DNA of 26,262 nucleotides from Thermoanaerobaculia bacterium. Its GTDB lineage: Bacteria > Acidobacteriota > Thermoanaerobaculia > Multivoradales > DATKCC01. The notes under the pieces were generated by a model, which did not search any database, was not told the origin of the DNA, and worked only from the letters and a program-made list of their open reading frames with translations. Positions 1 through 9,725 of the stretch are shown piece by piece; positions within the stretch are counted from its first letter, which is position 1, and every line of letters begins with the position of its first letter. Location of the stretch: assembly GCA_033762835.1 (NCBI GenBank), contig JANRLG010000123.1, positions 1 to 26,262 of the forward strand. The letters run 5' to 3'. Made by a program: the position numbers and the translations under genes.

Positions 1-38
1 CGCCTCCTGAACGCTGGTGTTCAAGGAGGCCCGACCGG

Positions 39-2408
39 ATGTTTGGAGGTCGTCGATGGAGCGCGTGGGCCGTCGCCCGCCCGCGAACGACTCTCGCCTT
101 GGCTACCCTGGCGGTTCTGCTCTCGGCACCGGGCCTGACGCGGCTCGAGCTCCAGACCGATGGCCACGCCCTGGTCCCGCCGGAGGCTCCGGTCGTCGCC
201 GCGGATGCTCGCGCCCGGGCCACGTTCGGACTCCGGGACCCGCTCCTGGTGGTGATCGAAACCAGCCACCCGGACGGCGTCTGGAACCGCGCGACCCTCG
301 GTCGGGTGGTGCGCCTGCAAGCAGCCTTGGCGGCCCTTCCCGAGCTCGGCGCGGAACACGTGGTGAGCCTCGCCAGCGAGACCTCGCCGCGCCGCGACCC
401 CGCCACCCGCCGCTTCCGCCACCTGCTCGAGCCCTTCCCCACGACCGCCGCGGAGCTCGCCCAGACCGCCCGCGACGTCGAAGCCATCGACCCACTGCTC
501 GGCACTCTGCTCTCATACGACCGGCGCGCCACGGCCCTGCTGGTCGGCGTGCCGCGACCGGAAGACGGTGCCGGAATCGATCGCCGCGCGTTGTACAACC
601 GGGTGGCCGCCCTCGCCGCGGCCGAAAGCGACGCGCGAGATCGGATCTCGGTCGTGGGCGCACCGGCCGCCGAAGCGCTGCTCGGTGAACACGTGCTGGC
701 GGACCTGAAACTCCTGGTCCCGCTGTCGCTCGCCGTCATCGCCGGGGTGTTGTGGCTGGCCGGGGGCTGGGGCGCCGCCGCCGTGGGCCTGATCAAAGTC
801 GGCGCCGCCCAGCTCTTCACCTTCGGCGTCATCGGCTGGAGCGGGCAACCGATCTACCTGACCACCGCCATCCTGCCCATTCTGCTGACCACCGTGGGCC
901 TGTCGGACGAGATCCACCTCGCCGGGCGGTTTCGTCGCCGGGAGCCGGACGAGGCCCCCGCGAGTGCGCTCGGCAAGGCCCTGGACGAGTTGGTCCGGCC
1001 GATCACCCTGACGTCGTTGACCAGTGCCGCCGGGTTCGCCTCGTTTCTGCTTTCGGACATCGCGCCGGTTCGCCATTTCGGCCTCTTCGCCGCCCTCGGC
1101 GTGTTGTTCTGCTTAGCCTGGGCGTTGACGGCCACTCCGGCGCTCCTGGCCCTGCGGCCCTCGTGGGTACCCGCGCGCCCCCGTCTCGACACTCCCGGCG
1201 CCTTCGAGCGTCTGGCTCGGCAGCTCGCCGGCGCGCCCGGACGGCTGCTGCTGGCGGGAGCGGCGGGCGCCCTGGTCTTCGTCGCCGGCGGCCTGCCGAA
1301 GCTCCAGGTCCAAGACGGCTGGATCGACAATTTTGCCCCGGACAGCGAGCTACGCACGGCAACGGAACGGGTGGACCGGCGCTTCGCGGGCAGCCACGTA
1401 TTGCGGGCAGTCGTCTACTTCGAGCCGCCTCCGGGCACCTCGGCGCCCCGGGTCGGGCCCGCCCAAGGGCCGCTGTTGGCGGGCGACGCCATGTTCGCCC
1501 TCGACGCTTTCGAGCGCGGACTCGCCGCTCGCCCCGAGGTCGGCGCGGTGCTCGGCCTGCCGTCGCAGCTCGCCACGACCTCGTTTCTCTACAGCGACCA
1601 AATGGAAAGTGAGCGCCGGATCGATCGCGAACCCGCTTGGTTGTACCTGCTGGCCCGGCGCATCGCCTTCACCCGTGGGGAAGCCCGGCGCCGTGAGTTG
1701 GTCGACGACGACTTTTCCCAAGCGGCCTTGACCCTGCTCCTGCCGCGGGCGAACTACCGCTCGACGGCAGAGCTCATGGCGGCCGGCGAGGCGTTGGCCG
1801 AGCGCCACTTGACCCCGGTCCACGGCCGCCTCGAGTGGGCCGGGGATGTCGCGGTGTCCCAGACCATGATCCCGGCCATCGTCCGCGGCCAGCTGTGGTC
1901 CCTGGGGCTCGCCCTCGGGGCCAACCTGCTGCTTCTCGCCTGGGCCTACCGCTCCTTCGCCGCCGGGGCCGCGGCGACGGCGCCAGCGCTGGTGGCCGTG
2001 GCGATCACCTTCGGGTTGATGGGGTTCACCGGCCTGACCCTGGGCGTGGCGTCTTCGGTGTTCGCCGCTGTGACCCTGGGGATCGGTGTCGACTACGGCA
2101 TCCACTTCCTCGAGCGCGTGCGCGCGGCCCCGGCCGGCACGGACGCCGGAACCTGGGCCGCGATCGAGGCCGGTCCCGCCATCCTCACCGACAGCCTCGC
2201 CATCACCCTCGGCTTCGGCCTCCTGGCCGCGTCCAGCGTGCCGCCCAATCGCACCCTCGGCTGGCTCGTGGCCACCGGGCTGGTGCTCGCGGCCCTCACC
2301 ACGGTCCTCGGTGGCCGCTGGCTCGCTCGCGGGCGAGCCCACGCGACGCCGACTCGGCGGACCGGGGTCGAAGAGCTCGTCGCCGTGCCCGCGGGAGAGC
2401 CAGGATGA
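39..2408 (+). CDS. MMPL/RND-superfamily membrane exporter (HpnN/MMPL-like, 12-TM with two periplasmic loops)
   Basis: 789-aa ORF. Two soluble loops (aa ~30-210 and ~400-610) are each followed by a ~6-helix hydrophobic bundle (aa ~215-400, ~620-785), which is the MMPL/RND architecture. AAGGAGG at 23-29 precedes ATG 39. Stop TGA at 2406-2408. Confidence 0.7.
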   Translation: MFGGRRWSAWAVARPRTTLALATLAVLLSAPGLTRLELQTDGHALVPPEAPVVAADARARATFGLRDPLLVVIETSHPDGVWNRATLGRVVRLQAALAALPELGAEHVVSLASETSPRRDPATRRFRHLLEPFPTTAAELAQTARDVEAIDPLLGTLLSYDRRATALLVGVPRPEDGAGIDRRALYNRVAALAAAESDARDRISVVGAPAAEALLGEHVLADLKLLVPLSLAVIAGVLWLAGGWGAAAVGLIKVGAAQLFTFGVIGWSGQPIYLTTAILPILLTTVGLSDEIHLAGRFRRREPDEAPASALGKALDELVRPITLTSLTSAAGFASFLLSDIAPVRHFGLFAALGVLFCLAWALTATPALLALRPSWVPARPRLDTPGAFERLARQLAGAPGRLLLAGAAGALVFVAGGLPKLQVQDGWIDNFAPDSELRTATERVDRRFAGSHVLRAVVYFEPPPGTSAPRVGPAQGPLLAGDAMFALDAFERGLAARPEVGAVLGLPSQLATTSFLYSDQMESERRIDREPAWLYLLARRIAFTRGEARRRELVDDDFSQAALTLLLPRANYRSTAELMAAGEALAERHLTPVHGRLEWAGDVAVSQTMIPAIVRGQLWSLGLALGANLLLLAWAYRSFAAGAAATAPALVAVAITFGLMGFTGLTLGVASSVFAAVTLGIGVDYGIHFLERVRAAPAGTDAGTWAAIEAGPAILTDSLAITLGFGLLAASSVPPNRTLGWLVATGLVLAALTTVLGGRWLARGRAHATPTRRTGVEELVAVPAGEPG

Positions 2409-2513
2409 GGCACGACCGACTCACCCCTGCCGCTGCCGCCCGTGGTCCGCCGGGATCACGAAGCCGCCCGGCCCGACTCCAGAACATCCCCTGACCTTTC
2501 TGAGGAGAAGACT

Positions 2514-3233
2514 ATGAAAATGCTTCGTTTTGGCCTCGCCTTCGCCTTGTTGGCGCTGGTCGTCGCTCTGCCGGCCTCCGCGCAGATCCCCGCCGGTCCG
2601 GATCGTTGGGTCACCCCGGCGAACGGCCAGACCTTCGTCGTGATCCCCGACACCGAGATCGCCGCTCTGTGCGGCGAGGTCGGCAATCCGGACCTCGACC
2701 ACAAGATCCCGATGGTCGGCGCTCCGGTCATCGACGCCACCGACTGGGACACCGAGGTTCGCCGTCTCGACAAGGCGACCTTCGTCAACCGCGTTGCTTC
2801 GACCCGCATCGTCGTCTCGCAGTTGAACTTCAAGGGCATCGAAGTGCATGAGACCGCTTGCGGCCGCAACACGTTCTCGGCCCATCTGTCGGGACCCCAG
2901 CCGATCACCGTGATGACCCTGCGCCAGACTCACGCCAACGGCGGCGTGTTCTACGCGGACATCCACGTCTCGACCAAGGTCGTCGTCTATGACGCCTCCG
3001 GCGCCACCCTCGGCGGCATCCCCTTCTTCGCCAAGTTGCCCAGCCCGGCCACCGGTACGCCCTACACCTGGGTCGCGGGCGGCACCTTCAAGCCCGGTAT
3101 CGACAGCTCGGCCGGTCCGGAAAGCTGCGTGCCCGCGCTGCGCGCCAAGCAGGCGACCTACCCGGTCGACTCCAGCCACTACTACTTCATCGAGAACCTG
3201 ATCGCTCAGGGCAAGTGCACCAAGCGCGGCTGA
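2514..3233 (+). CDS. secreted 4-Cys protein of unknown function, paralog A (signal peptide, ~24 kDa)
   Basis: ATG 2514 preceded by GAGGAG (2502-2507). N-terminus MKMLRFGLAFALLALVVALPASA|Q is a type-I signal peptide. Shares conserved blocks with the next gene: PAGxDRWVTPANGQT, LCG, DWDT, TRLDxATF, TRI, FK, CG, FKPGI, SHYYFIENLIAQGxCT. Four conserved Cys. The upstream in-frame Arg/Pro-rich extension (from 2442) is rejected. Confidence 0.7.
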   Translation: MKMLRFGLAFALLALVVALPASAQIPAGPDRWVTPANGQTFVVIPDTEIAALCGEVGNPDLDHKIPMVGAPVIDATDWDTEVRRLDKATFVNRVASTRIVVSQLNFKGIEVHETACGRNTFSAHLSGPQPITVMTLRQTHANGGVFYADIHVSTKVVVYDASGATLGGIPFFAKLPSPATGTPYTWVAGGTFKPGIDSSAGPESCVPALRAKQATYPVDSSHYYFIENLIAQGKCTKRG

Positions 3234-3259
3234 GGCCCTAGCCCGCTTCCCTCGCGGAT

Positions 3260-3284
3260 CGGACCGGGACCGGTCCGCGTTTTT
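3260..3284 (+). terminator. putative rho-independent terminator after paralog A
   Basis: Stem cggaccg (3260-3266) / cggtccg (3271-3277) with 4-nt loop, followed by TTTTT (3280-3284), 27 nt after the stop at 3233. Confidence 0.5.
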
Positions 3285-3323
3285 CCCGTGGACCTGCCTC
3301 CGGATCCCTGAAAGAGGAGTCTC

Positions 3324-4037
3324 ATGAAACTGTCACGTGCCGTTCTCTTCGCAGGTGCCTTCGCCCTCGGCGCGGCCTCCGCCTCTGCCCAAACCATTCC
3401 CGCCGGTGCCGATCGCTGGGTGACCCCGGCCAACGGCCAGACCTACTTCGTCTTCCCGAAGGGCGACCTCGAGTCCCTGTGCGGCCGGCCCGCCACCGGC
3501 GCTTTGTACCAGGCCTACTTCGTCGGCGATCCGCTCGCGGGCAATGACTGGGACACCGCCGTCACCCGGCTCGACAACGCCACGTTCAACACCGCGGGCG
3601 TTGCCACCACGCGCATCCAGGTCACCGCCCTGCGGTTCAAGAGCCTGAATCCGGTGAGCACCCCGTGCGGCGTGCTGACTTTCAAGGCCGAATTGAACGG
3701 CGGCCAGCCGATCTCCACCATGACGATCACCAAGACATCGGCGAAGGGCGGTACGTTCACCGCCAACATCCCGGTCAACGTGGTGATCCGCGCTTACAAC
3801 CAAAGCGGCGCGCCCGTCGGCCAGTTGTTCTACTCCCGGAACCTGCCGAATCCGACCACCGGGGCACCGTGGTCCTTCGGTCCCACCGGCGTCTTCCGGC
3901 CGGGTATCAGCACGACCGAAACCTGCGTCGCCCAGCTGCGGCAGAAGCTCGCCGGCACCTCGCCGACCTCGAGCCACTACTACTTCATCGAGAACCTGAT
4001 CGCCCAGGGCAGGTGCACCCAGACGGTTCTGCCCTAG
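3324..4037 (+). CDS. secreted 4-Cys protein of unknown function, paralog B
   Basis: ATG 3324 preceded by AGAGGAG (3312-3318). Signal peptide MKLSRAVLFAGAFALGAASASA|Q. Same conserved blocks and Cys pattern as 2514-3233, including the C-terminal HYYFIENLIAQGRCT. Confidence 0.7.
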   Translation: MKLSRAVLFAGAFALGAASASAQTIPAGADRWVTPANGQTYFVFPKGDLESLCGRPATGALYQAYFVGDPLAGNDWDTAVTRLDNATFNTAGVATTRIQVTALRFKSLNPVSTPCGVLTFKAELNGGQPISTMTITKTSAKGGTFTANIPVNVVIRAYNQSGAPVGQLFYSRNLPNPTTGAPWSFGPTGVFRPGISTTETCVAQLRQKLAGTSPTSSHYYFIENLIAQGRCTQTVLP

Positions 4038-4045
4038 CCCTTCGC

Positions 4046-4080
4046 GTCCTCCGGCCCCGCCTCGGCAGGCGCCGGAGGAC
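4046..4080. terminator. inverted repeat between convergent genes (possible bidirectional terminator)
   Basis: 10-bp perfect inverted repeat gtcctccggc (4046-4055) / gccggaggac (4071-4080) around a 15-nt GC-rich loop. Lies between the stop of the + gene (4037) and the stop of the - gene (4090). No U-tract. Confidence 0.4.
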
Positions 4081-4089
4081 CCTCCCTCG

Positions 4090-5916
4090 TCACGGCGTGG
4101 CGGTGATCTTGACGCCGTCGATGCCGCATTCGACCAGGCTGGCAGTCGCCAAATCCCCGCACTCGAACTGAATGCGGATCGTCTGGCCCTTGAGGCTGGT
4201 CAAGTCGGCGCTGCGCAGAACCCAGGCGCCGTTGCGGTTGCTGGCCGCCCCGAGCTGCTCGTAGACCGTGGTGGTTGTCGCGGCGATCACCTTGGCGCGC
4301 AAAAAGTCGGCACTCGAGGCGTTGCTGCCGTGGGCGAGGTAGCCGTAGAACTCGAGGGTGATCGCCGTCGCCGTCGCGGGCAGGCTGATCGCCGCCGAGC
4401 GCACGGTGGTGACTCCGCCGTCGAGATCGAACGCTCCCGCCGAGGTCCCGGCCGCCGCTCCCGTGACCAGATCCCGCGTTCCCGACTGAGCCGTCAACTG
4501 TTTGGCGCCGGACGAAGTCGTCGCCGCCGCGACGCCGATTTCCCAGGCACCGGAGGTGGCGGTGTCGGTGGCGTTGGGGTTGAACACCCAGCCCGTGGCG
4601 GCGCCGTAGAAGGCATCGGCGAACACCGTCACCGGCGCTCCCCCACCGCCGCCGCAGTACTGAGCTTCCTTGCCGATCACCGCGTAAGGGCAGCCCGCCT
4701 TGTCGATCAAATAGAGGATGGCGGACCGATTACGCGCCGTCTGGGCCGGAATGACCTCGTCCGGTGGGTAGAAGCCGCCACCCGCGGAGGACGCCGGATA
4801 CATCTCGAAGGTGAAGACGAAGACTTTGTGGGCACCGTAGAGCCAATCGTCGACGGCGCCGTCGGCGACGTAGAGGTCACTGGCCTGGCCAGGGGTGTAG
4901 CCGTTGGTGGCGGCCATGGCCCGGCCGAGGGTGGAAAACACCGCCTGGTCGTCCGCCGTCATGTCCGCCGGAACGTCGGTGAAGGTGTAGCCGTAGGGCC
5001 ACAACACCAGCTCGCTGTAGGAGTGGAAGTCGATCGCGACTTTGATCTGCTGGCGGCCGCCGACCACCCGAGTCGCCACGAAGTCGCGGACCCGCGCCGT
5101 CTCCGGGCTCGAGAACGCCGCCGTGCCGCGGTAGGTCTCCGAGCTCGGCGAGGTACTGCTGCCGCCGCAGCAGCCCCATTTGTAACCCCAGTTGCGATTG
5201 AGGTCGGTGCCCACCGCGGTAGTGCCGGCGTTGGGCAGGCGGTTCTTGCGCCAGGTCCGGTAGCTGCCGGTGGCGATGTCGTACTCCCCACCGTCGGGAT
5301 TGAGGTCGAACAGCAGGTAGATCTCTCGGGTGTTGACCAACTGGGTGATCGTGCCGTCGACGCCGTACTCGTCGGTCAACATTCGCAAGGTGTAGAGCCC
5401 CTGCTCGACGGTGATGTGCTCGCGGGCGTGTTGGTGGTGGGTGAACAGCACTTCCGGTTCGTCTTCATCGACGCCGACGTTGTCCGAGATCTTGCCCGCC
5501 CAGATCGTCCGGCCCTCGTGGGACGTGCCGATCGAGAAGAGCGAAAAGATCGCCGGGTGGTCGGCCGCGGCCTGGTTCAGCTCCGCCACCATCTCGGCGT
5601 AGTCGTGGTACGCCGAGTCGGCAGGCGGGAACGCGCGGCCGAAGAACTCCGCGGTGACGTCCTCGACCTGCCAGCGCCGCCCGCCGCGCTCCAGGACCTC
5701 CCCGGCCTCCGCCGCCGTCGCCTCAATCAACACGAAATCCGGGCCGAATTCGAAGATCGCGGCGCCGGTCGCCGCGACCTCGCTGCGTTCCTTGGCATCG
5801 CCGACGCCCTGAACGCGATAGATCGCCGTTTCGTCGTTCTTCTGGCCTTCGGCGCCGAACGCGACCGCCGCCAGGCACCCACAGAGCACCCACCCAAGCT
5901 TCCGAGAACCCTTCAT
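4090..5916 (-). CDS. secreted M14-family zinc carboxypeptidase (Streptomyces griseus carboxypeptidase-like) with C-terminal beta-rich domain
   Basis: Start chosen at ATG 5916 ([22 protein letters not shown] signal peptide; AGGAAGG SD just upstream on the minus strand) rather than the ORF-track 6048. M14 motifs are present: HHQHAREH (HxxE zinc ligands), [18 protein letters not shown] (third His), FTFEMYP (catalytic Glu). A ~200-aa Thr/Ala/Gly-rich C-terminal domain ends [13 protein letters not shown]. Confidence 0.85.
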   Translation of the reverse strand: MKGSRKLGWVLCGCLAAVAFGAEGQKNDETAIYRVQGVGDAKERSEVAATGAAIFEFGPDFVLIEATAAEAGEVLERGGRRWQVEDVTAEFFGRAFPPADSAYHDYAEMVAELNQAAADHPAIFSLFSIGTSHEGRTIWAGKISDNVGVDEDEPEVLFTHHQHAREHITVEQGLYTLRMLTDEYGVDGTITQLVNTREIYLLFDLNPDGGEYDIATGSYRTWRKNRLPNAGTTAVGTDLNRNWGYKWGCCGGSSTSPSSETYRGTAAFSSPETARVRDFVATRVVGGRQQIKVAIDFHSYSELVLWPYGYTFTDVPADMTADDQAVFSTLGRAMAATNGYTPGQASDLYVADGAVDDWLYGAHKVFVFTFEMYPASSAGGGFYPPDEVIPAQTARNRSAILYLIDKAGCPYAVIGKEAQYCGGGGGAPVTVFADAFYGAATGWVFNPNATDTATSGAWEIGVAAATTSSGAKQLTAQSGTRDLVTGAAAGTSAGAFDLDGGVTTVRSAAISLPATATAITLEFYGYLAHGSNASSADFLRAKVIAATTTTVYEQLGAASNRNGAWVLRSADLTSLKGQTIRIQFECGDLATASLVECGIDGVKITATP

Positions 5917-6046
5917 GACACCGACCTTCCTCGAGACGGGACGAGCGGCGACAGGCCGCATCCCTGAAAGGACGAAGCCAGTGCCGGAGGTGGCCGCGAC
6001 GTAGACACTCGGGTTTCGGCATAGTCTCGAGCGCCAGGAGGTCACC

Positions 6047-6331
6047 ATGGCAAAAGCTCAATGGAACGGACGGACGATCGCGGAAAGCGAAGTCTTCGAG
6101 GTCGTGGAAGGCAATGTCTACTTCCCGCCCGGCAGTGTCGACCCGCAGTACCTGAAAACCAGCAACACGACGACCGTGTGCGGCTGGAAGGGCACCGCGA
6201 GTTACTACACCCTGGTGGTCGACGGGCGCGAAAACCCGGACGCCGCCTGGTACTACCCGCAACCCAAGGAGGCGGCCCAGAACATCACGGGCCACATCGC
6301 GTTCTGGCGCGGTGTCACTGTCGAACGTTAG
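6047..6331 (+). CDS. DUF427 domain protein
   Basis: 94-aa ORF, AGGAGG at 6035-6040 before ATG 6047. Sequence [58 protein letters not shown] has the length and conserved W/YY/WYYP pattern of DUF427. Confidence 0.75.
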   Translation: MAKAQWNGRTIAESEVFEVVEGNVYFPPGSVDPQYLKTSNTTTVCGWKGTASYYTLVVDGRENPDAAWYYPQPKEAAQNITGHIAFWRGVTVER

Positions 6332-6479
6332 GCAGGACGCTTTCGCCGCCTCAACCTTTCGCCCTTTCCACCGTTAGATACAAACGGAGGCAACCCATCG
6401 CCCGGTCTCACCCGTTTGGGGAGCCTTCGTGTTCTCGGACACACAGTGGCGAATCCAACCCCTACCAGAGGACACCGGC

Positions 6480-7046
6480 ATGATTGTTCCCGCTGTTCCG
6501 GTGACCGACCTCCTGCGCGAGTGGGTGGGCGGCAAGTCTGAAAACCTCGATCACCTGCTTCCCGTTCTCTACGACCAACTACACCGCATCGCAGCCCGTG
6601 AGCTCCGGCGCGAGAGCGGCGACCACACCCTGCAGCCGACCGCCCTCGTCAACGAGGCCTACCTCAAGTTGCGCGACATCGCCGGGGTGTCTTTCGCGAG
6701 CCGAAACCAGTTCCTGGGCTTCGCCGCCCACTTGATCCGCCGTATCCTGGTCGACCATGCCCGCCGCAAGCAGGCCCAGAAACGGGGCTCGGCCGGCGTC
6801 AAGGTGAGCCTTCTCGAGGCCGACGCCGTGGCCTGGTCGCGTCCGCCGGATCTGGTCGCCTTGGACGACGCGTTGATGCAGCTCAGCGCCCTCGATCCCC
6901 GCAAGGGGGCGGTCGTCGAGCTGCGCTTCTTCGGCGGCTTGTCCGCGGAGGAGATCGCCGTCCTGCTCGAAACCTCCGCGGTGACGGTGCATCGCGAATG
7001 GCGGCGCGCCCGCGCGTGGCTGCTGCGGGAGATGCAGGCGTCGTGA
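6480..7046 (+). CDS. ECF-type sigma-70 factor (PF07638/Sigma70_ECF-like, ECF43-like Ser/Thr-kinase-associated group)
   Basis: AGAGGA at 6467-6472 before ATG 6480. An upstream GTG 6429 is possible but has no SD. The conserved TLQPTALVNEAYLKL block is typical of the PF07638 family. The C-terminal region-4 HTH (LSAEEIAVLLETSAVTVHREW) is present. The stop TGA 7044-7046 overlaps the start of the kinase gene. Confidence 0.8.
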   Translation: MIVPAVPVTDLLREWVGGKSENLDHLLPVLYDQLHRIAARELRRESGDHTLQPTALVNEAYLKLRDIAGVSFASRNQFLGFAAHLIRRILVDHARRKQAQKRGSAGVKVSLLEADAVAWSRPPDLVALDDALMQLSALDPRKGAVVELRFFGGLSAEEIAVLLETSAVTVHREWRRARAWLLREMQAS

Positions 7047-9712
7047 ACGCCGAGCGGTTCCTCCGCGTCGACGCCCTCTTCGCCAAAGCCCTCGAGCTCC
7101 CGGTCGAGGCGCGCGCGGCCTTCCTCGCCGAAGTCTGCGGGGACGACGGCGACCTCCGTCGACAGCTCGAGGAGTTGCTCGCCGCGGACTCGAAAGCCTC
7201 CGGCTTCCTCGAGTCGGCCTCCCCCTCGCCGGAGCTCGGCGTCGGATCGTCGGTCGGGCCGTACCAGCTCGAGAGCCTGCTCGGGCGCGGCGGCATGGGT
7301 GCGGTGTATCTCGCCCGGCGTGCCGATCTCGATCGGCCGGTGGCGCTGAAGCTGGTCGACAGCCCGTTCCGCCACCCCCAATTGGTGCCGCGTTTCCACG
7401 CCGAACGGCAGATCCTGGCGCGGCTCGAGCATCCGGGCATCGCGCGGCTCTACGACGCCGGAGAGACCGCGGACCAGGTGCCCTACCTCGTCCTCGAGTA
7501 CGTCGACGGCGAGCCGCTCGACCGTTACTGCGATCGGCTCGAATTGGACTTGGGTGCCCGCGTCGAGTTGTTCCGCAAGCTGCTCGACGCCGTCGCGCAC
7601 GCCCACCAGAGCCTGCTGATCCATCGCGACATCAAACCGAGCAACGTTCTGGTCCGGGCGGACGGCCAAGTCAAGCTGCTCGACTTCGGCATCGCCCAAC
7701 GGGTCGATCGCGACCTCGGCGCCGCCTCGGCCACCAGCTCGCGCCCCATGACGCCAGCCTACGCGAGCCCGGAGCAGGTCCGCGGCGAGCCCCTGACCAC
7801 GGCCACCGACATCTACTCGTTGGGCGTCGTGTTCTACGAACTTCTGGCCGGCCGGCGGCCCTACCGGGTGAAGTCGGATCTGCCCCACGAGCTCGAAGCG
7901 GCGATCCTCGAGCAGGAGCCCGAGCGGCCCAGTGCGGCGTCCGTACCGTGGCGGCGCCAGCTGGCCGGCGACCTCGACACCATCGTCCTGACCGCCTTGG
8001 ACAAGGACCCTGCCAAGCGCTACCGGTCCGTCCTGGAGCTGCAAGCGGATCTCGAGCGTTGGGCGGATTTTCGACCGATTGCCGCCCGGCCGCCATCGCG
8101 GACCTACCGCCTCGCCAAGTTCGTGCGGCGGCATCGGGTCGGCGTGGCCGCCGGGGTGCTCGGCGCCGCCCTCGGTCTCGGTCTCGTGGTGAGCCTGTTC
8201 CAAGAGCGCAACCGGGCGGCCCGCGAGCGGGACCGCGCGCAAGAGGCCCTCTCCTTCGTCGTCTCCGTCTTCACGCAGGACTCGCCCTACCTCCAGGGCA
8301 CCCGAGAAGTCACCGCCCGCGAGATTTTGGTCGCCGCGAAGGACCGGGCCGAAACGGAACTGACCAACGATCCGGACTTGCAGGCCGACTTGTTCCGGGT
8401 ACTCGGCCAGGCCACCGCGGGCATCGGACGCTACTCGGAGGCCCAAGCCCTTTTGACGCGAAGCCTGGAGGCGGTGCGGGTCCGCAGCGGCGCCTCCCCC
8501 ACCCTCGCCACGAACCTCGAGGCCATCGGTTGGGTCGAGTACCTGCAGGGCGACTTCGAGGCCGCGCTGCCTCACCTCGAGGAGGCGGTCGACTTGCGCC
8601 GTCGCTTCCAGCCCGGAAGCCAAGAGCTCTCGGTGGCTTTGCAGCTGCTGGGAAACGTGCTCATCGAACACGATCGAGAGTCCGAGTCGCCCGAGCTGGT
8701 GCGCACCGAGCGGCTCTTCCACGAGTCTCTGCTGATCCTCGAACGTCTCGAACCCGGGGGTGGCCCCGGCACCGAGGCGAGCTTGGCCGGGTTGGTGAAA
8801 GTGGCGAGTCGGCGGCGCAACCTCGGTCCCGCCGAAGTCCTCGCCCGGCAAGTACTGGCGATGACGCGCCGCCGCAACGGGGAGCGCCACACCGCAACCG
8901 CCACCACCGAACGCAGCCTGGCGCAGATCCTCGTCGACCAAGGCCAGTTCGACGAAGCCGAAACGCTCGTGCGCCAGGCCCTGGCGAGCCTCGAGGCCTT
9001 GTTACCCGCCGACCATCCCGAGATCACCACGGCCGTCAGCGACCTCGGCATGACCCTGCTGGCCGCGGGACGGCTGGCCGAAGCCGAGCCCCTGTTGCGG
9101 CGGGCCTACGACGAGTCCCAGGCCCGCCTCGGGCCCGACCACCCGACCACGCTAGCGTCTCTCACACTGCTCGCCAACACCTTGCAGAACCTCGGGCGCA
9201 ACGCGGACGCGGTACCTCTGCGGGAACGGGCCCTCGCCGCCGAGACGCGCGTCCACGGCGAAGAGAGCCTGCCGGTGGCCTACACCCTCTCGGTCCTCGG
9301 CCAGGCCCTCGCCACCCTGGGTGAGTCCGAACGTGCCGAAGTCTTCGCTCGCCGCGGCCTGACGCTGATCGAGAAGCTGCGAGAGGCCGGGCACCCGGAA
9401 ATCGGTCGGGGGCATCGCTACCTCGGCGCGGTCCTCCTGAAGGCCGGCAAGCCGGCGGAGGCCGAGGGGCACCTGCGGCGGGGACTCGAGGCGCAGCGCA
9501 AGGACTTCGGCGTCGACTTCTACCAAACGGCAGCGCTCGAAACCGCGCTCGCTACCTGTCTGTTGCGGCTGGGCCGGCTCGACGAAGCCGGCGAGCTCCT
9601 CGACCACGCGGTGGGCGTCCTCGAAAAGCAGTTCAGCGCCGACCATCCGCTCGTCCTCGGCGTCCACCGAGCCCAGGCGGAGTTGGCGGCGGCCCGAGGC
9701 GGCGGACGTTGA
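7043..9712 (+). CDS. membrane-anchored Hanks-type Ser/Thr protein kinase with large C-terminal TPR domain (paralog 1)
   Basis: Start placed at GTG 7043 (VNAERFLRVDALF...). This aligns with the N-terminus of paralog 2 (MQEGRFLRIDGVF) and overlaps the sigma stop as GTGA; ORF-track ATG 6998 is the alternative. Kinase motifs: GRGGMGAVYLA, VALKLV, HRDIKPSNVLV, DFGIA, TPAYASPEQ. One TM helix follows (VGVAAGVLGAALGLGLVVSLF), then ~500 aa of TPR-like repeats. Confidence 0.85.
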   Translation: MNAERFLRVDALFAKALELPVEARAAFLAEVCGDDGDLRRQLEELLAADSKASGFLESASPSPELGVGSSVGPYQLESLLGRGGMGAVYLARRADLDRPVALKLVDSPFRHPQLVPRFHAERQILARLEHPGIARLYDAGETADQVPYLVLEYVDGEPLDRYCDRLELDLGARVELFRKLLDAVAHAHQSLLIHRDIKPSNVLVRADGQVKLLDFGIAQRVDRDLGAASATSSRPMTPAYASPEQVRGEPLTTATDIYSLGVVFYELLAGRRPYRVKSDLPHELEAAILEQEPERPSAASVPWRRQLAGDLDTIVLTALDKDPAKRYRSVLELQADLERWADFRPIAARPPSRTYRLAKFVRRHRVGVAAGVLGAALGLGLVVSLFQERNRAARERDRAQEALSFVVSVFTQDSPYLQGTREVTAREILVAAKDRAETELTNDPDLQADLFRVLGQATAGIGRYSEAQALLTRSLEAVRVRSGASPTLATNLEAIGWVEYLQGDFEAALPHLEEAVDLRRRFQPGSQELSVALQLLGNVLIEHDRESESPELVRTERLFHESLLILERLEPGGGPGTEASLAGLVKVASRRRNLGPAEVLARQVLAMTRRRNGERHTATATTERSLAQILVDQGQFDEAETLVRQALASLEALLPADHPEITTAVSDLGMTLLAAGRLAEAEPLLRRAYDESQARLGPDHPTTLASLTLLANTLQNLGRNADAVPLRERALAAETRVHGEESLPVAYTLSVLGQALATLGESERAEVFARRGLTLIEKLREAGHPEIGRGHRYLGAVLLKAGKPAEAEGHLRRGLEAQRKDFGVDFYQTAALETALATCLLRLGRLDEAGELLDHAVGVLEKQFSADHPLVLGVHRAQAELAAARGGGR

Positions 9713-9725
9713 AACGGAGACGGCC

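Noticed and set aside
17-2494. Alternative-frame ORFs overlapping the MMPL exporter gene (17-688, 752-1612, 1350-2342 minus, 1835-2494)
   Set aside because: All are Arg/Pro/Gly-rich without TM segments or motifs. The frame at 39-2408 gives a coherent 12-TM transporter architecture.
4330-5967. 545-aa plus-strand ORF antisense to the M14 carboxypeptidase
   Set aside because: Low-complexity Arg/Gly/Val-rich translation. The minus strand carries all M14 catalytic motifs and a signal peptide with SD.
6429-6479. Upstream GTG start (6429) for the ECF sigma factor and ATG 6998 for kinase 1
   Set aside because: No SD precedes 6429, whereas AGAGGA precedes ATG 6480. For the kinase, GTG 7043 aligns with the N-terminus of paralog 2 and gives classic stop/start coupling. 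The longer forms cannot be fully excluded.
6659-8941. 760-aa minus-strand ORF antisense to the ECF sigma factor and first kinase genes
   Set aside because: Arg/Gly/Ala/Pro-rich low-complexity translation with no motifs. The opposite strand encodes proteins with unmistakable sigma-70 and Hanks kinase motifs. Long antisense ORFs are expected in 70% GC DNA because stop codons are AT-rich.
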